From Octopus sinensis (taxonomy: Eukaryota), in assembly GCF_006345805.1 (NCBI RefSeq), contig NC_043017.1, forward strand, positions 13,640,001-13,704,000: DNA of 64,000 nt, given 5' to 3'. The translations under genes were made by a program, and so were the position numbers. The notes below the pieces were generated by a model, which saw only the letters and a program-made list of their open reading frames with translations, made no database searches and had not been told where the DNA came from. Numbering within the stretch: position 1 is the stretch's first letter; every line of letters begins with the position of its first letter. Below are positions 12,109 to 24,433 of this stretch, piece by piece.

Positions 12109-14023
12109 GCCTTTAGTCATAAGTCTGAGGGTTGACCTAGGGCTAAACAAGAACTCGCATGCCTTTATTGACTTATTCGAATCAGTAGAGGCACAAATTT
12201 CTACGTGGATTACCCAACTCGCTAGAAACAAGTTTCCCCCAAATCACACCCTACCCTGCCTTAAAAAAAAAAAACCCTTATATCTACATTGGATAATGTA
12301 GTCTTGTAGTGGATACTAAAGCAAATAAGATCAATAAAAACAAAAAAAAAATGCAAAGAATTTCTCATCATAAGTTTCTTTACTCTGTCATCGATGGGTG
12401 TTAACTTCTACTAATACTACTACTACTAATGTGTGAGGACAAGTTTGGTCATAAACTCGACTCCGCCTGCTCTGTGTCTTATCCCCACCATTCGTGCAGT
12501 TTTAACATTTACCAACAACATTCACAGCTATTTTCATGCCTTACAGGATGGTTCACCCTTTCATCATCACCACCAGAACCACTACTACTACCACCACCCT
12601 CTCTCCCTTTTCCTCAGGATAGTTTCGACACTTCTTATCCAAACATCTTTCACTATTTTTAGCAATTTTACAGAAATTTTTTTATGGCATTGAAAAGCAG
12701 TGAAATACCCTAGTTGCCAAAAAACTTCACTTGATTAGCTTTCGACATGGCAAGCGTATCTTTCTATCTTTTTTCCCTTCCTAGTTCTGTCCTTGTTTTA
12801 TCATCCCTTCTGACGAACACCACATTGCTAAAGCCAGTCTTATAGACGTTGAAGATAACACTTTATTCCAACACGTTTCACTGACTTGATTTCATTCATT
12901 CTGTTAAGTAATTCATTCATTCATTCATTAAAAACTATCTCTCACCTTTGACCTTCTGAATGGAGAAAGAAAAAGAAAAAAGAACGAAAAAAATCACATA
13001 CTAAAAAAAAAAAAATAGCCATTATTTTCATATTTTTTCTTTTACCGTATTGAAGAAGAAACAACAATTACAAGACAACGTAATTAAATCAGAACAACTC
13101 TGTTGGCTGACCTTTTTGTGTTGTGTGTGACACCGCGCAGCCTCTTTTAATATTAAACTGCCGTCAAATCTTAAAAAAAAAAAGACAATTGTTGTTTACA
13201 CCAAGGCTAGTCCTCACTGTGAAGGCACGTAATTATAATCGTTCTGACCATGAGCATTCCATTCTCCTTTTAGGCATTGTACACCTCCTAGGACAGTGGT
13301 TCTCAACCGGGGTCTGTAGGGCCTCTGAGGGTCTTATAACAAGATTTTTGGGGGTCCACACAGCAAAACTGTAAATTGAGGAACCACGATAGTATTTTAA
13401 GTGCCCCTGAAAAATTTTGCTTTAGATGTATATATATATATATATATTAGTATGTATTGCAAAAGACAACTAGGTTTCCTTCGCTAATATTTTACATAGT
13501 CCAACCTAAACAAGTTAATGTGTGAAAAACAAAATACGAATTTTGAAAGAAGTTTCTATAAAACTAGTTTTCCCTTTTTTCTTTCTTGATGGCAATATTG
13601 TAATATGAGAAAGGTTTAGCTGTTATTTCTAGTAAAGCGAGCGAAGCTTGTTATCGTCGTTTAGGTTCAGGTTATCTCTGATCTCGCAGACCTAATCACA
13701 AGGTAGTCTAACCATGACCATCATCTTATTTTTAGGCGAAGCACTGCAACTACATTAACAAATTTGTCCTTGTTTTGTTTAAAGATGAAAGTATACGATC
13801 TGAAGGCCAAATGGCTGTTATTTCTAGCAGGTCCAGCAACTACGAAAAAGACACCCCACCCATCCACCTCGTTGACTTCTATTTATAATTCGATTCACAT
13901 CTTGGATGCCTTATAGGAATACAGATACAACAATACTAATTTACGAGCAAAAACTTCAAATTCCCACAGCCGTAAGATTAGTTTACAAGGCGGTTTGCAC
14001 TGTACGGTATTAAAAAACTTGTG

Positions 14024-14305
14024 GTGGAAGCACTCCGTCGGTAACGACGATGAGGGTTCCGGTTGATCCGAATCAACGGAACAGCCTTAACGTAGTGACA
14101 AGGCCGGTCCCTTGAAATACAGGTACAACAGAAACAGGAAGTAGAAAGAGTACAGCAGGGATCACCACCATCCCCTGCCGGAGCCTCGTGGAGCTTTTAG
14201 GTGTTTTCGCTCAATAAACACTCACAACGCCCGGTCTGGGAATCGAAACCGCGATCCTATGACAACGAGTCCGCTGCCCTAACCACTGGGCCATTGCGCC
14301 TCCAC
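14024..14305 (-). mobile_element. Family C SINE with internal deletions
   Basis: Collinear with 758-1146 but missing three internal blocks; aaacttgt on both flanks. Confidence 0.85.
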
Positions 14306-15523
14306 AATAAACTTGTAACATTTATACCAATGTACAGGTACATGTATTTAATTTCATTATCTAAGTATATTCAATATTTGCTTTATTTACAGTGACCACT
14401 CCTGGTTCGAAAAAATTAGTAATCTGGAAACCTTTGGGATTCAAAAGTTCCGCAAAATCGATGTTGTACCTGAATGAATTTAGAAAGAAAAGTTGGTAAA
14501 ATTTTCGAGAAACACCGAAAATTTGACCACAGTGGGATTTGAACGTAAAATCTGTAGCTAAGTACCTCGACTCGACACTATGGATTTTGTGAATCTCGAT
14601 CATACACTAGTCGTCGGTAGATCTTTCTAATGAACAAATATTTATAAATAATGGTATTATATTCCGTAATGGAAATATTTGATTAGGGGAAATTAATGTT
14701 CCATGCTGTTGGGTGTTTTAATGTTGAGTAAATCGCACATCAACGTCACATTTAAGACAATTGCCAATCTCTAATTCTTATAATTGGTAAATGGTAAATG
14801 AAACAGAGCATGTCATCATTTCTTACATAACCCTGTAGTAAAGAGAGAGCGGAGGAGAAAGCCAATGGGATTGTCCAGGAGCAATGAGAAGAGGCCCGGT
14901 GGTTTTTATTCTTTTGTTCCTGGGTTACAGAGAAGGAGATTCTCGTACAGGCCGTCACTGTGAGCGACCTTTCTATTATTCCATCATGCACCTTTAATAT
15001 TGGTTTCAAATTTTGACACAAGGCCAGCAATTTCTGGGGAGGGGTCCCTATGTTTCACTGGTATTTATTTTACCTACCCCGAGAGGATTGAAAGGCTAAG
15101 TCACCCTTCTCAGGACGTAAAGACGGACGAAATGCAGTTAAGCATTTAAGCCCGGCTAACGATTCTGCCAGTTCACAGCTTTATATATCGTTAATATTAC
15201 GACAAATATGAGTGGATATGACTGTGTCTATAGCTGGACGGAATATAACCGAGAACTATACTATAATTAGTCAGTGAACTAACGTATTTTATAGAATAAA
15301 AGACGCGGCTCATATTCGAGATTAGAATATATATGCAGGAAAAAAGTTTTTAGTGCATTCAAGCATATAATATACTCCCAGGATACTTTTAAAAACTTTT
15401 TTGTAGTGGGAGGGTAATGCATCTTATATGCTATCAAATATCGTACACTTTCGACCTGTGACACATTCGAAACGTTTGTAAGGAGGAGCTTGTTGACAAC
15501 GAAGTACATGTACGAAGAATACC

Positions 15524-15978
15524 TATTTCTTTACTACCCACAAGGGGCTAAACACAGAGGGGACAAACAAGGACAGACATAGGTATTAAGTCGATTACAT
15601 CGACCCCAGTGCGTAACTGGTACTTAATTTATCGACCCCGAAAGGATGAAAGGCAAAGTCGACCTCGGCGGAATTTGAACTCGGAACGTAACGGCAGACG
15701 AAATACGGCTACGCATTTTGCCCGGCGTGCTAACGTTTCTGCCAGCTCGCCGCCATATACCTATTTCTTTACTACCCACAAGGGGCTAAACACAGAGGGG
15801 ACAAACAAGGACAGACATAGGTATTAAGTCGATTACATCGACCCCAGTGCGTAACTGGTACTTAATTTATCGACCCCGAAAGGATGACGGGCAAAGTCGA
15901 CCTCGGCGGAATTTGAACTCAGAACGTAACGGCAGACGAAATACGGCTACGCATTTTGCCCGGGGTGCTCGCCGCCAT
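15524..15978 (-). mobile_element. Two head-to-tail family B SINEs
   Basis: 238-bp period; atacc at 15519, 15757 and 15979; second copy lacks 16 bp. Confidence 0.9.
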
Positions 15979-15989
15979 ATACCGTGATC

Positions 15990-16120
15990 TCATTGCTGCA
16001 GGAGCTGTGACTCAGTGTTACTGTGATACGGGGAGCTGGGCATCGTGCCAGGCCTTCAGCTATCCAAATCATTAGAGTGGAAACTGCCAGTCAAGAAATG
16101 CAGAAGAGCTTACTTTACGC
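15990..16120 (+). mobile_element. Possible decayed C-terminus of an RLE-type (R4/NeSL-like) retrotransposon
   Basis: With a frameshift reads SVTVI-GELGIVP...EMQKSLL, resembling the VIGALG..QKS motif. Confidence 0.3.
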
Positions 16121-16194
16121 AATTTCACAATGCCAGTAACCGCTTCCCATTGCCTCGTTGCGTGGAAAGGAACTTACAAAATCCTAAATTCATT

Positions 16195-16579
16195 ACTAGC
16201 TGTATCGCCCGGCGTTGCTCGGGTTTGTTTCGAGCCTTTAGAATTGGAATTTTTGAAAAGCATTATGTAGCTTGTTATTCTCTTTAAGTGAACATTTTTC
16301 TGGTTGAAATACACCAGAAAATGGCAACACAGCAGTCAAAAAATTGTAAAAAATAGGGATTTTCATAGAAAAAAAAGCACCCTTTTTGATGTAAATAATT
16401 TTTGGTGTTAACATGGTCCGATTTGAATTTTTTCTTCTATGGAAGGAAGAGCAAGCATTCTTCTATCATATTCTCAATTTTGGTCAACTTGCACCGCAGG
16501 GTCTCGGAGGAGATAGTGTTAGTTGAAGGCTACCAAACCTGCCATGCACAGACAACTTCAGCTTCATATATAGAGAGAT
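16195..16579 (+). mobile_element. Non-autonomous Helitron-like element
   Basis: Starts actagctgtatcgcccggcgttgctcgggtttg, ends cttcatatatagagagat; 5' end shared with 24663. Confidence 0.65.
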
Positions 16580-16844
16580 TAGATCGTACACTAATTTCTA
16601 ATATGTTTAAATATTGAACCATAAACAAAAGTTTTTGTCATCGTTAGTCCCCAGTCTCACCAAACATGTTGTACAGAAGTATTGTCAGCAACCATTGTAA
16701 CACAGTGTTTGTTCTATAGTACAGGAATAACTACAGATGTGTGCCCCTCACCACTGACTTTGTTTCTTCATAACTTTCTGAAAATAGGATTTTTTTTTTT
16801 TCAAAACATATTCTACAAGTACATTTCAAATGTTGTAGATTAGT

Positions 16845-17070
16845 TGAGCTGGCAGAATCGTTAGCACTCCGGGCGAAATGCGTAGCCGTATTTCGTCTGC
16901 CGTTACGTTCTGAGTTCAAATTCCGCCGAGGTCGACTTTGCCTTTCATCCTCTCGGGGTCGATAAATAAAGTACCAGTTTTGCACCGGGTCGATGTAATC
17001 GACTTAATCCCTTTGTCTGCCCTTGTTTGTCCCCTCTATGTTTAGCCCCTTGAGGGCAGTAAAGAAATAT
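16845..17070 (+). mobile_element. Family B SINE
   Basis: Near-identical to 3478-3711. Confidence 0.88.
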
Positions 17071-17319
17071 ATATTGGAATTTGATGTGAAAAATTATTTA
17101 TTCCGTAGCCGTACGGAATAAAACATTGAATTGCGATCGTGAGTCGAATACCCTAATCACTAAAGCCACGCACCTTCACATATAGTATTGGCTAAGAAAT
17201 CTAAAGATAAGGTCTGTTGTGTACATAGTATTGGCTTTAAAAAAAAAAACTATAGATACATTCGAATTATGCAACAGAATCAGTTTTATAATACGAAACA
17301 TTATGTTCTGTAGTACCTA

Positions 17320-17622
17320 TGGAAGCACTCCGTCGGTTACGACGATGAGGGTTCCGGTTGATCCGAATCAACGGAACAGCCTGCTCGTGAAATTAACGTG
17401 TAAATGGCTGAGCACTCCACAGACACGTGCACCCTTAACGTAGTTCTCGGGGATATTCAGCGTGGCACAGAGAGTGACAAGAGTAGCCCTTTGAAATGCA
17501 GGTACAACAGAAACAGGAAGTAAGAGTGAGAGCTTTTAGGTGTTTTCGCTCAATAAACACTCACAACGCCCGGTCTGGGAATCGAAACCGCTGCCCTAAC
17601 CACTGGGCCATTGCGCCTCCAC
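17320..17622 (-). mobile_element. Family C SINE with internal deletions
   Basis: 12-bp TSD gttctgtagtac at 17305-17316 and 17623-17634. Confidence 0.88.
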
Positions 17623-18136
17623 GTTCTGTAGTACATTATAGCAATGAAATGAAACACTAGTAACACACCAATGATTTAATCAAAAAAGTATCAAATGATC
17701 CTCGTGAAGGCGCTTAGCTATTCTAACGCCCCAGTCTCGCCATCAGCCACTGTTAAAGCAGTGGATGTTTTTAGATGCCTCAAATTCTTTAAAAAGGAAA
17801 TACCAACATTTCCTGGTGCGATGCATAAATGAGGGAGTGTGCATGCCTTCTTAGATATTTATTTATTTTTCAGTTTTTGTTTTTCTATATTCATTTATGT
17901 TTATCTTTTATTTTTTACTTGTTTCAGTCATTAGACTGCGGTCATGCTGGGGCACCGCCTTGAAGAATTTTTAGTCGAATGAATCGACCCCCGGTACTTA
18001 ATTTATTAAATTTCTTTTAAACCTGGTACTTATGAAATTACCGCATCCCTGAATGAGTAGAGAATGAGCAGTGTTTTTATACCGGGTGTCACAGAATTAA
18101 TTACTTCAATGAAATCGAACATTTAAAAAAAAGAAA

Positions 18137-18407
18137 GGCAATCTTTCGTCTCTAGTAGACCTTTCCGTCGATTTCCGTAAAAAATTTTTTTTTTTTTTAC
18201 ATATGGGCTTGCGGGAACTTTTGAAGTAATGAGAGCGAAAGAGACTAAGAGAAAGCGATTGTATGACGAGGGAAGTTCTTTTGAAGTTACCGTGCATGGG
18301 AGCATTGATGTACATGTGTGTGTGTGTGTGTTTGTTTGATGGGGTGTGGGAGACAGACAGTATGTTGTGTAATCGACGGAAAGGTCTACTAGAGACGAAA
18401 GATCGCC
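18137..18407. mobile_element. Merlin-like MITE family M1, deleted copy in inverted orientation
   Basis: TIR ggcaatctttcgtctctagtagacctttccgtcgatt; 8-bp TSD aaaagaaa. Confidence 0.88.
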
Positions 18408-18724
18408 AAAAGAAACTCACTTTCATTTATGTTTATCATGCTTAATATGTGTTACAAGTATATTCATTTTTAAAATTTTGTTTATGATTTTATGATCTTC
18501 AAAATTTTTTTTTATAATTTTATTTTCATTCCTATTGGATCTCGCTTAACTGTCCACGACAGCTTTATTCAGTTTGGCTGCAATCAATTTCCCTACTTTG
18601 CCTTTCATCCTTTCGGGGTCGATAAATTAAATACCCGACTGGCCCCCTCCCTAAAAATTTCGGGCCTTGTGCCGAAAGTAGAAAAGGAAAGAATTTCCCT
18701 ACCACCATTCCACAGGATAATAAT

Positions 18725-18860
18725 TTTGCTGAACTAAAGAACGCATTCGGTTAGCAGTGCAGGAGACAACTCCCGAAATGCTTCAAAATGTGTTTTGCAA
18801 GGATAGATTTCAAAACCTGTAGGAATACAAACGGAGCACATGTTGAAACATTTCAATAAA
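18725..18860 (+). mobile_element. Tc1/mariner transposase C-terminal remnant
   Basis: With frameshifts reads LK(E)RIRLAVQETTPEMLQNV...CRNTNGAHVETFQ*. Confidence 0.65.
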
Positions 18861-18880
18861 GTTTTCACGTAGGATTTATA

Positions 18881-19307
18881 GGATCTTTTCGGTTTGAACG
18901 GCAGTTTTTTCTAGCGGTGTCATATGAAATTGTCACCCATAATTATGACCCTAGTATCGATCTATTGCATTTCAATCTGTTTTAGAGTTACGGTTAGGGG
19001 TGGGGGGAAGGGTATCTTTTTTTTTTTCTTCAGAAATGGAAATGGAAATAAACCCAATCTGTTTCTTAAACGAGGGACATATTCATACGGCACAGAATGT
19101 TTTCACCTCAATTAGACGTCATTGATTGGTTGAAATTGCAGAAATTGAAGAAAAAAACAACAAATATCTTACAAACTATAGAATTTTCTCAATAAAGCCA
19201 AGAGAAAAAGATGTTTTATAAACACATTCTACTAGTATACGAAGTTTAAAAGTGTTTAGTTACGTGGAAATTATTTTAAAAAAGCACCGTTCAAACCGAA
19301 AAGATCC
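18881..19307. mobile_element. MITE family M2, second copy
   Basis: Same TIRs as 11724-12108; exact 8-bp TSD gatttata. Confidence 0.88.
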
Positions 19308-19352
19308 GATTTATAAATCTATTTGTTTTGAAAATTAAGGTATAAATTATCC

Positions 19353-19714
19353 AGAAATGATGGAAAGAAACCAGATGGTCTTACCCCCTGGGTAAGAGGT
19401 AGGTGCCTCATCTGGGACGTCACGATTTGTGATTCTTTTGCTCCCTCCTACGTCCTGGATGCTGTGGTAAATGAGAAGGTCGCTGCTTCCGTAGCCGAAC
19501 GGAATAAAACCCTGAAGTATCAGGACCTGGCAGCGAGCTATCCTAAGTTCCCTCTTGGGACGCTTGGAGGGACTAGGCCACTAACAACGAAGTTCTTGTC
19601 ATTGTTGGCAGCTCACTTCGCCGTGAGGTTGCTTGGTTTTTCCAACGCCTTAACCTCGCCATCGCTCGTGGTAATGCCGCGAGCGTGCTGGCTTTCTTCA
19701 GTACGTTCCGTTGA
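19353..19714 (+). mobile_element. CRE-clade non-LTR retrotransposon 3' fragment (restriction-like endonuclease)
   Basis: RNDGKKPDGLTPWVRGRCLIWDVTICDSFAPSY..AASVAERNKTLKYQDL, then in a shifted frame WFFQRLNLAIARGNAASVL*; PD..D and RGNAAS are typical of CRE RLE domains. Confidence 0.8.
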
Positions 19715-19839
19715 TCTTTGTGGTGTGCGACTAATTGAAGCACTTGCTGCATTGATCCCTTTTTTCTTTTCCTTTCTCCCTTTTCTATTTCTTTAACCTT
19801 GCGCGCGTAAGCGAAAGCAGGGTATTGTAATCACATTCA

Positions 19840-19922
19840 GCTTTATACCTGTAATTATTGGGGCTCTGGGATGTGTAACACACTGCCTAGATACCAATCT
19901 TGAGAAATTAGGCTTCTCAAAA
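19840..19922 (+). mobile_element. RLE C-terminal fragment (R4/NeSL-like)
   Basis: FIPVIIGALGCVTHCLDTNLEKLGFSK. Confidence 0.55.
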
Positions 19923-19929
19923 AGATTTG

Positions 19930-20040
19930 CCAATTCTGGCCGTTTTTCTTTGATTGCTTCCTCCAGTTTCATTAGTTGTTGGTCGTTTGGTTCCTTGGAA
20001 GCAGCTCAAAATACACAACACTTTTGAAATCCCACTAAAT
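19930..20040 (-). mobile_element. mariner transposase fragment
   Basis: WDFKSVVYFELLPRNQT...QLLMKLEEAIKEKRPELAN. Confidence 0.75.
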
Positions 20041-20314
20041 ATGGCGAAAATTTTCGTTTTTGCACTCCATGTTAAAACTGACACTGAACTAACAGCTGTA
20101 AACAAAATTACGCGCAATTTGCTTTTAAAGTAAACTAAAAGTAACGGCTATCAAATGTCAAAAGGAAAAAAATCATAACATTGACAAAAGTCGTTCAAAA
20201 AAACCGTAACTCTATTTGCAAAAAACAAAATTACTTTCTCGCTAACCCAGTAAGTCATTCCTTGTTCCAGCTTCTTTTGTTTTTACTTTCATCAATAAAC
20301 TCAATAATTTTTTT

Positions 20315-20736
20315 GGCGATCTTTCGTCTCTAGTAGACCTTTCCGTCGATTTCCGTAAAAAAATTTTTTTTTTTACATATGGGCTTGCGGGAACTTTTGA
20401 AGTAATATACATACATATACACATACACCGAGTAAAAAATTTCAGTTATCTCTTTCTTTCACACATTACTCTGTCTCTTCACACACACTAACAGAAGCAC
20501 TTCACTTACACAACATACTGTCTGTCTCCCACACCCCATCAAACACACACACACACACACATGTACATCAATGCTTCCCCTGGACGGTAACTTCAAAAGA
20601 ACTTCCCTCGTCATACAATCGCTTTCTCTTAGTCTCTTTCGCTCTCATTACTTCAAAAGTTCCCGCAAGCCCATATGTAAAAAAAAAACTTTTTACGGAA
20701 ATCGACGGTAAGGTCTACTAGAGACGAAAGATTGCC
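20315..20736. mobile_element. Merlin-like MITE family M1, full copy
   Basis: About 90-bp TIRs starting GGCGA / ending TTGCC; 8-bp TSD attttttt. Confidence 0.9.
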
Positions 20737-21995
20737 ATTTTTTTAAAGTATTAAACATAAAATTCTGTCAGGTTTTTGTTTTTTTAATTTGCCCGATTTC
20801 ATTGAAATAGTTAATTCTGAGACTACCAGTAGAAAGGAATCGAAATTATCAAGTGTGCTGCTACAAATTGTAATGTCTTTGGATGTGTGTTTGTTCAAAC
20901 GTTCTCGATTACGATTCTGTGTTGGGTGAAGAAGAAACAACAGCCACCCCTTTCCTAATTTCCGTAATTCTTTTTAGTTTTGACAAACTTTTGAAAAATA
21001 ATTTCTTGATGAATCTGTTTTAAATATCTGAGATTAAGGATTCTTCAAAAATGTAATTACAGAAATCTAAAATAATTTTCGAAATAAAAGTCAAGACTGA
21101 AAAATTAAAAACGAGGGGAACTCGTACTATAAAGAAAAATGTATTATTTTCATTATTAAGGTGATGTGGTGGCAGAAGTATTAGTACGTCGGATAACATG
21201 TTCAGTAGCATTTCTTCCGGCTCGTTACGTTTCAGAGTCAATAAAATTAAATACCAGTTGAACACTGGGGCCAAGTGATCGACCAGTCCCTTCCCCTCAA
21301 AACTGCTTCTTGTCTTATTTCGGTTTTGGATTTGGTTTGCAAGATTCTTTATGTGAGTTCGTAGGATTGCCCAGAAGTATTTTACTCACTACTTGAGCTT
21401 GGTTGAAGACACAAAACTTGTCTTCAATCATAATTTCGTTCCCGTATCTATATCAGGTCTAATCTTTTTCAGTTCAACCTTAAATTTTGTTAAAAATCGA
21501 ATTGTGAAAGACAAATTTACCTTTAAAAAATTCGTTTTCAAGCTTAACAACGTCTTCACTGAACGAATTCGCCCAAGGATTAAACAAAACTCTGAAAACA
21601 AGCATGTCTGTTTAGGGCTAACTTATGCAAATGACTTGGACAGGCAAATATGTCCTGCTGTTGTACATGTGTTACCATAAGCAGACAAAGCGTCGGTGAT
21701 TTTTTTTTTTTTTTTTGTGGTGTATTTTTTTTTATGTTGAATCACAGCTAAGGGCGTTGAAAAAACTTAATTAATAAAGGTGAGCGACAGCTTGAAAAAA
21801 ATGAGAAGCCACAGGTTCAGATGAAAGGCTGACGACTAAGTGCCACACAGATAAACCAATAAACAATATACCAAAGACGGGATAATTTTTAGTACTAAGG
21901 TCAAACTTGAAGGACATAAGACCTTGTAAAGATACAGCAGTACTGACGAAAATAATTCATCATAAATTTTACAAATTCATATTTATACATGAATT

Positions 21996-22408
21996 GGCGA
22001 TCTTTCGTCTCTAGTAGACCTTTCCGTCGATTTCCGTAAAAAATTTTTTTTTTTACATATGGGCTTGCGGGAACTTTTGAAGTAATATACATACATATAC
22101 ACATACACCGAGTAAAAAATTTCAGTTATCTCTTTCTTTCACACATTACTCTGTCTCTTCACACACACTAACAGAAGCACTTCACTTACACAACATACTG
22201 TCTCCCACACCCCATGAAACACACACACACATGTCCATCAATGCTCCCATGCACGGTAACTTCAAAAGAACTTCCCTCGTCATACAATCGCTTTCTCTTA
22301 GTCTCTTTCGCTCTCATTACTTCAAAAATTCCCGCAAGCCCATATGTAAAAAAAAATAATTTTTTTACGGAAATCGACGGAAAGGTCTACTAGAGACGAA
22401 AGATTGCC
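21996..22408. mobile_element. Merlin-like MITE family M1, full copy
   Basis: Near-identical to 20315-20736; 8-bp TSD catgaatt. Confidence 0.9.
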
Positions 22409-22677
22409 CATGAATTTTGAGATGGAATAGATCCTATATTTTTCTGAAGTTCGTTTATTTGGTGGCGGTGATGGTAGGCGAAATTCATTTGGGTTTTTAG
22501 CAACTTCATCAGCTAAGGACTTCGAGTGAGATTTTGCCCACCAAGTGAGGACTTCCAAACTCGTGGTCACTGAATTTGTTAAAAAATAACAACCAATTCT
22601 TTTTTCCGTTCACGCTGTTGTTTAACCCCAAGACAAACACGACTGATTAAATAATCCAGCCACAATCATCTCGTCTT

Positions 22678-22710
<33 letters not shown>

Positions 22711-23391
22711 CGAGTATATATATCACAAACTGCTACATCGTCCAATGTGTCCTTGCTTCGTATTTACATAAATGTAGTGAGATTTGAGGGGCCTTTGATT
22801 GTTATTTCTAGAAGGTCGAGCTACTACGTTTAGAAGCCCCTTGTTATTTCTATAGGACCAAAATAAATACGGAGATCTATCTGTATAATTGCCTAAAAAA
22901 GTCGTCAAAGTGATAGCGCCCCAGGATGGCCGCAGTCCCATCCGACTAAAAAAAAACCCAAAAAACAGTAAAACAATAAATGAACTGCTGTTGTTATATG
23001 ACTAAGTAGCCAAACCACATTGTTTCAGGACCGGCCGGCTCTGAGCTAAACCAGATCGCTTGCTTTCAATTTAAGTTGTTGAAGTAGCAAGCTATCATCA
23101 CACAACGAAATTCCTACGATCGATAAATGCCAAAAATACATCAGAAACAATGAAAATAAATATCGTAAAAACTAAATTTAAGCATCACACACTAAGGATT
23201 TCCTTTCAAAAAAATATATACATATAATACTAATTTTTATTAAAAAAATGAAATATCATAAACGCACTTAATTCAGCTTAAATCAACAAATGAGGGCTTC
23301 ATTAGTTTCGCATTGAATACTTTGAAGAGAAAACCACGGCCGTTGTTGGGTTTAACGAAGGCACTATGACCTGTTGTTGCCGTTTTTGGCT

Positions 23392-23600
23392 TACCTGACT
23401 TAAGTGCATTTAGTTTTTAATGAGAATACTTGATGACTAATGCCTGAATATTTCACACCTGACTTTTTATATAAATGTATTTTCTGCCTAATCGACCACA
23501 ACGGACTTCGTTGTCGAATCGAAACATCAAACACCAGTTTCCACAGCCACCCCGCCCTATTCACACGGACCCCCCCCCACTCCCCTCCCTCCACCTGGTC
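23392..23600 (-). promoter_or_regulatory. Candidate promoter and non-coding first exon
   Basis: G-rich tract and GC box GGGCGGGG on the minus strand near 23550-23590, followed by a consensus donor CAG|GTAAG at about 23391; lies at the edge of a CpG-retaining domain. Confidence 0.3.
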
Positions 23601-24433
23601 CTTAGTCAATTTAGGAAAGCAAAACACCGAAGGTTAGTTACTCTGAGATGCCAGCTGCATGAACACCAATAGTTAAGTGGGGGTAAACATTTTGGGGTCT
23701 GCTATATAGTCGTGTAGAGGCATATACACCTGGAGTGGGGCTAACTTGAGGGTTACCCCGGGTGGCACACGTACACACACTAATTATGCCATTGGCCATA
23801 AAAATTGCACAAAACAATTACCTAAGTTCACCTCACTTGGAAATGTGGTAACGGCAACTGGAAGGGCAGCTGCTTAAAAAAAAAATTATTCCTCCAATGT
23901 ATACATCTGACCCATGCAAGTATGAAAAAATAGATGTTAAAATGATTGCAATGATGACAAGTGCAATCGAGTAACAGGCTTATATTGTTTTGTTTCATTG
24001 GTTTGTGTTGGGAGTTAAAATTCCACTGCCAGGAGTGATTTTTGCATTATTTTTATACATCTGGGAACAGTTGCTATTGTTTTGTCATTTTGCTTCAGGT
24101 CAGCACTAAGTGAACAGTGCTATGATCAAAGGCAATCCAGCCATAACCAACTCGTCTTTTTCCAAAGTGTAATAAACACAGGACTATTATCCAACATATA
24201 ATTTTTCCTGAGACAGCAGGATGTAATTTGAGTGATATTTGGTTACTATTTTAAGCAGGTTATGCAATCACATATAGACTTCCTCATTGGTTTATTCTTC
24301 TAGAATAAAAAAGATTAGACACCGGTCTATTCCTGATGGCTCAGTTTGGCAGAGGAAGGGTCATACCGGTGACCTTTATACAGAACCTCCAAGATTGATG
24401 AGGGAGAAATAGAGGAAGAAATCAGAGACTTAA

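Noticed and set aside
17097-17122. 11-bp hairpin tttattccgta/tacggaataaa
   Set aside because: Short and AT-rich, compatible with chance; terminator logic does not apply to this eukaryotic DNA.
21521-21591. VLFNPW resemblance to transglutaminase
   Set aside because: Only five residues match and the downstream conserved motif is absent.
22440-22520. CTGATGA on the minus strand near 22506-22512 with a later GAAA
   Set aside because: No stem II closing before GAAA and no stem I partner after an NUH triplet; not a hammerhead.
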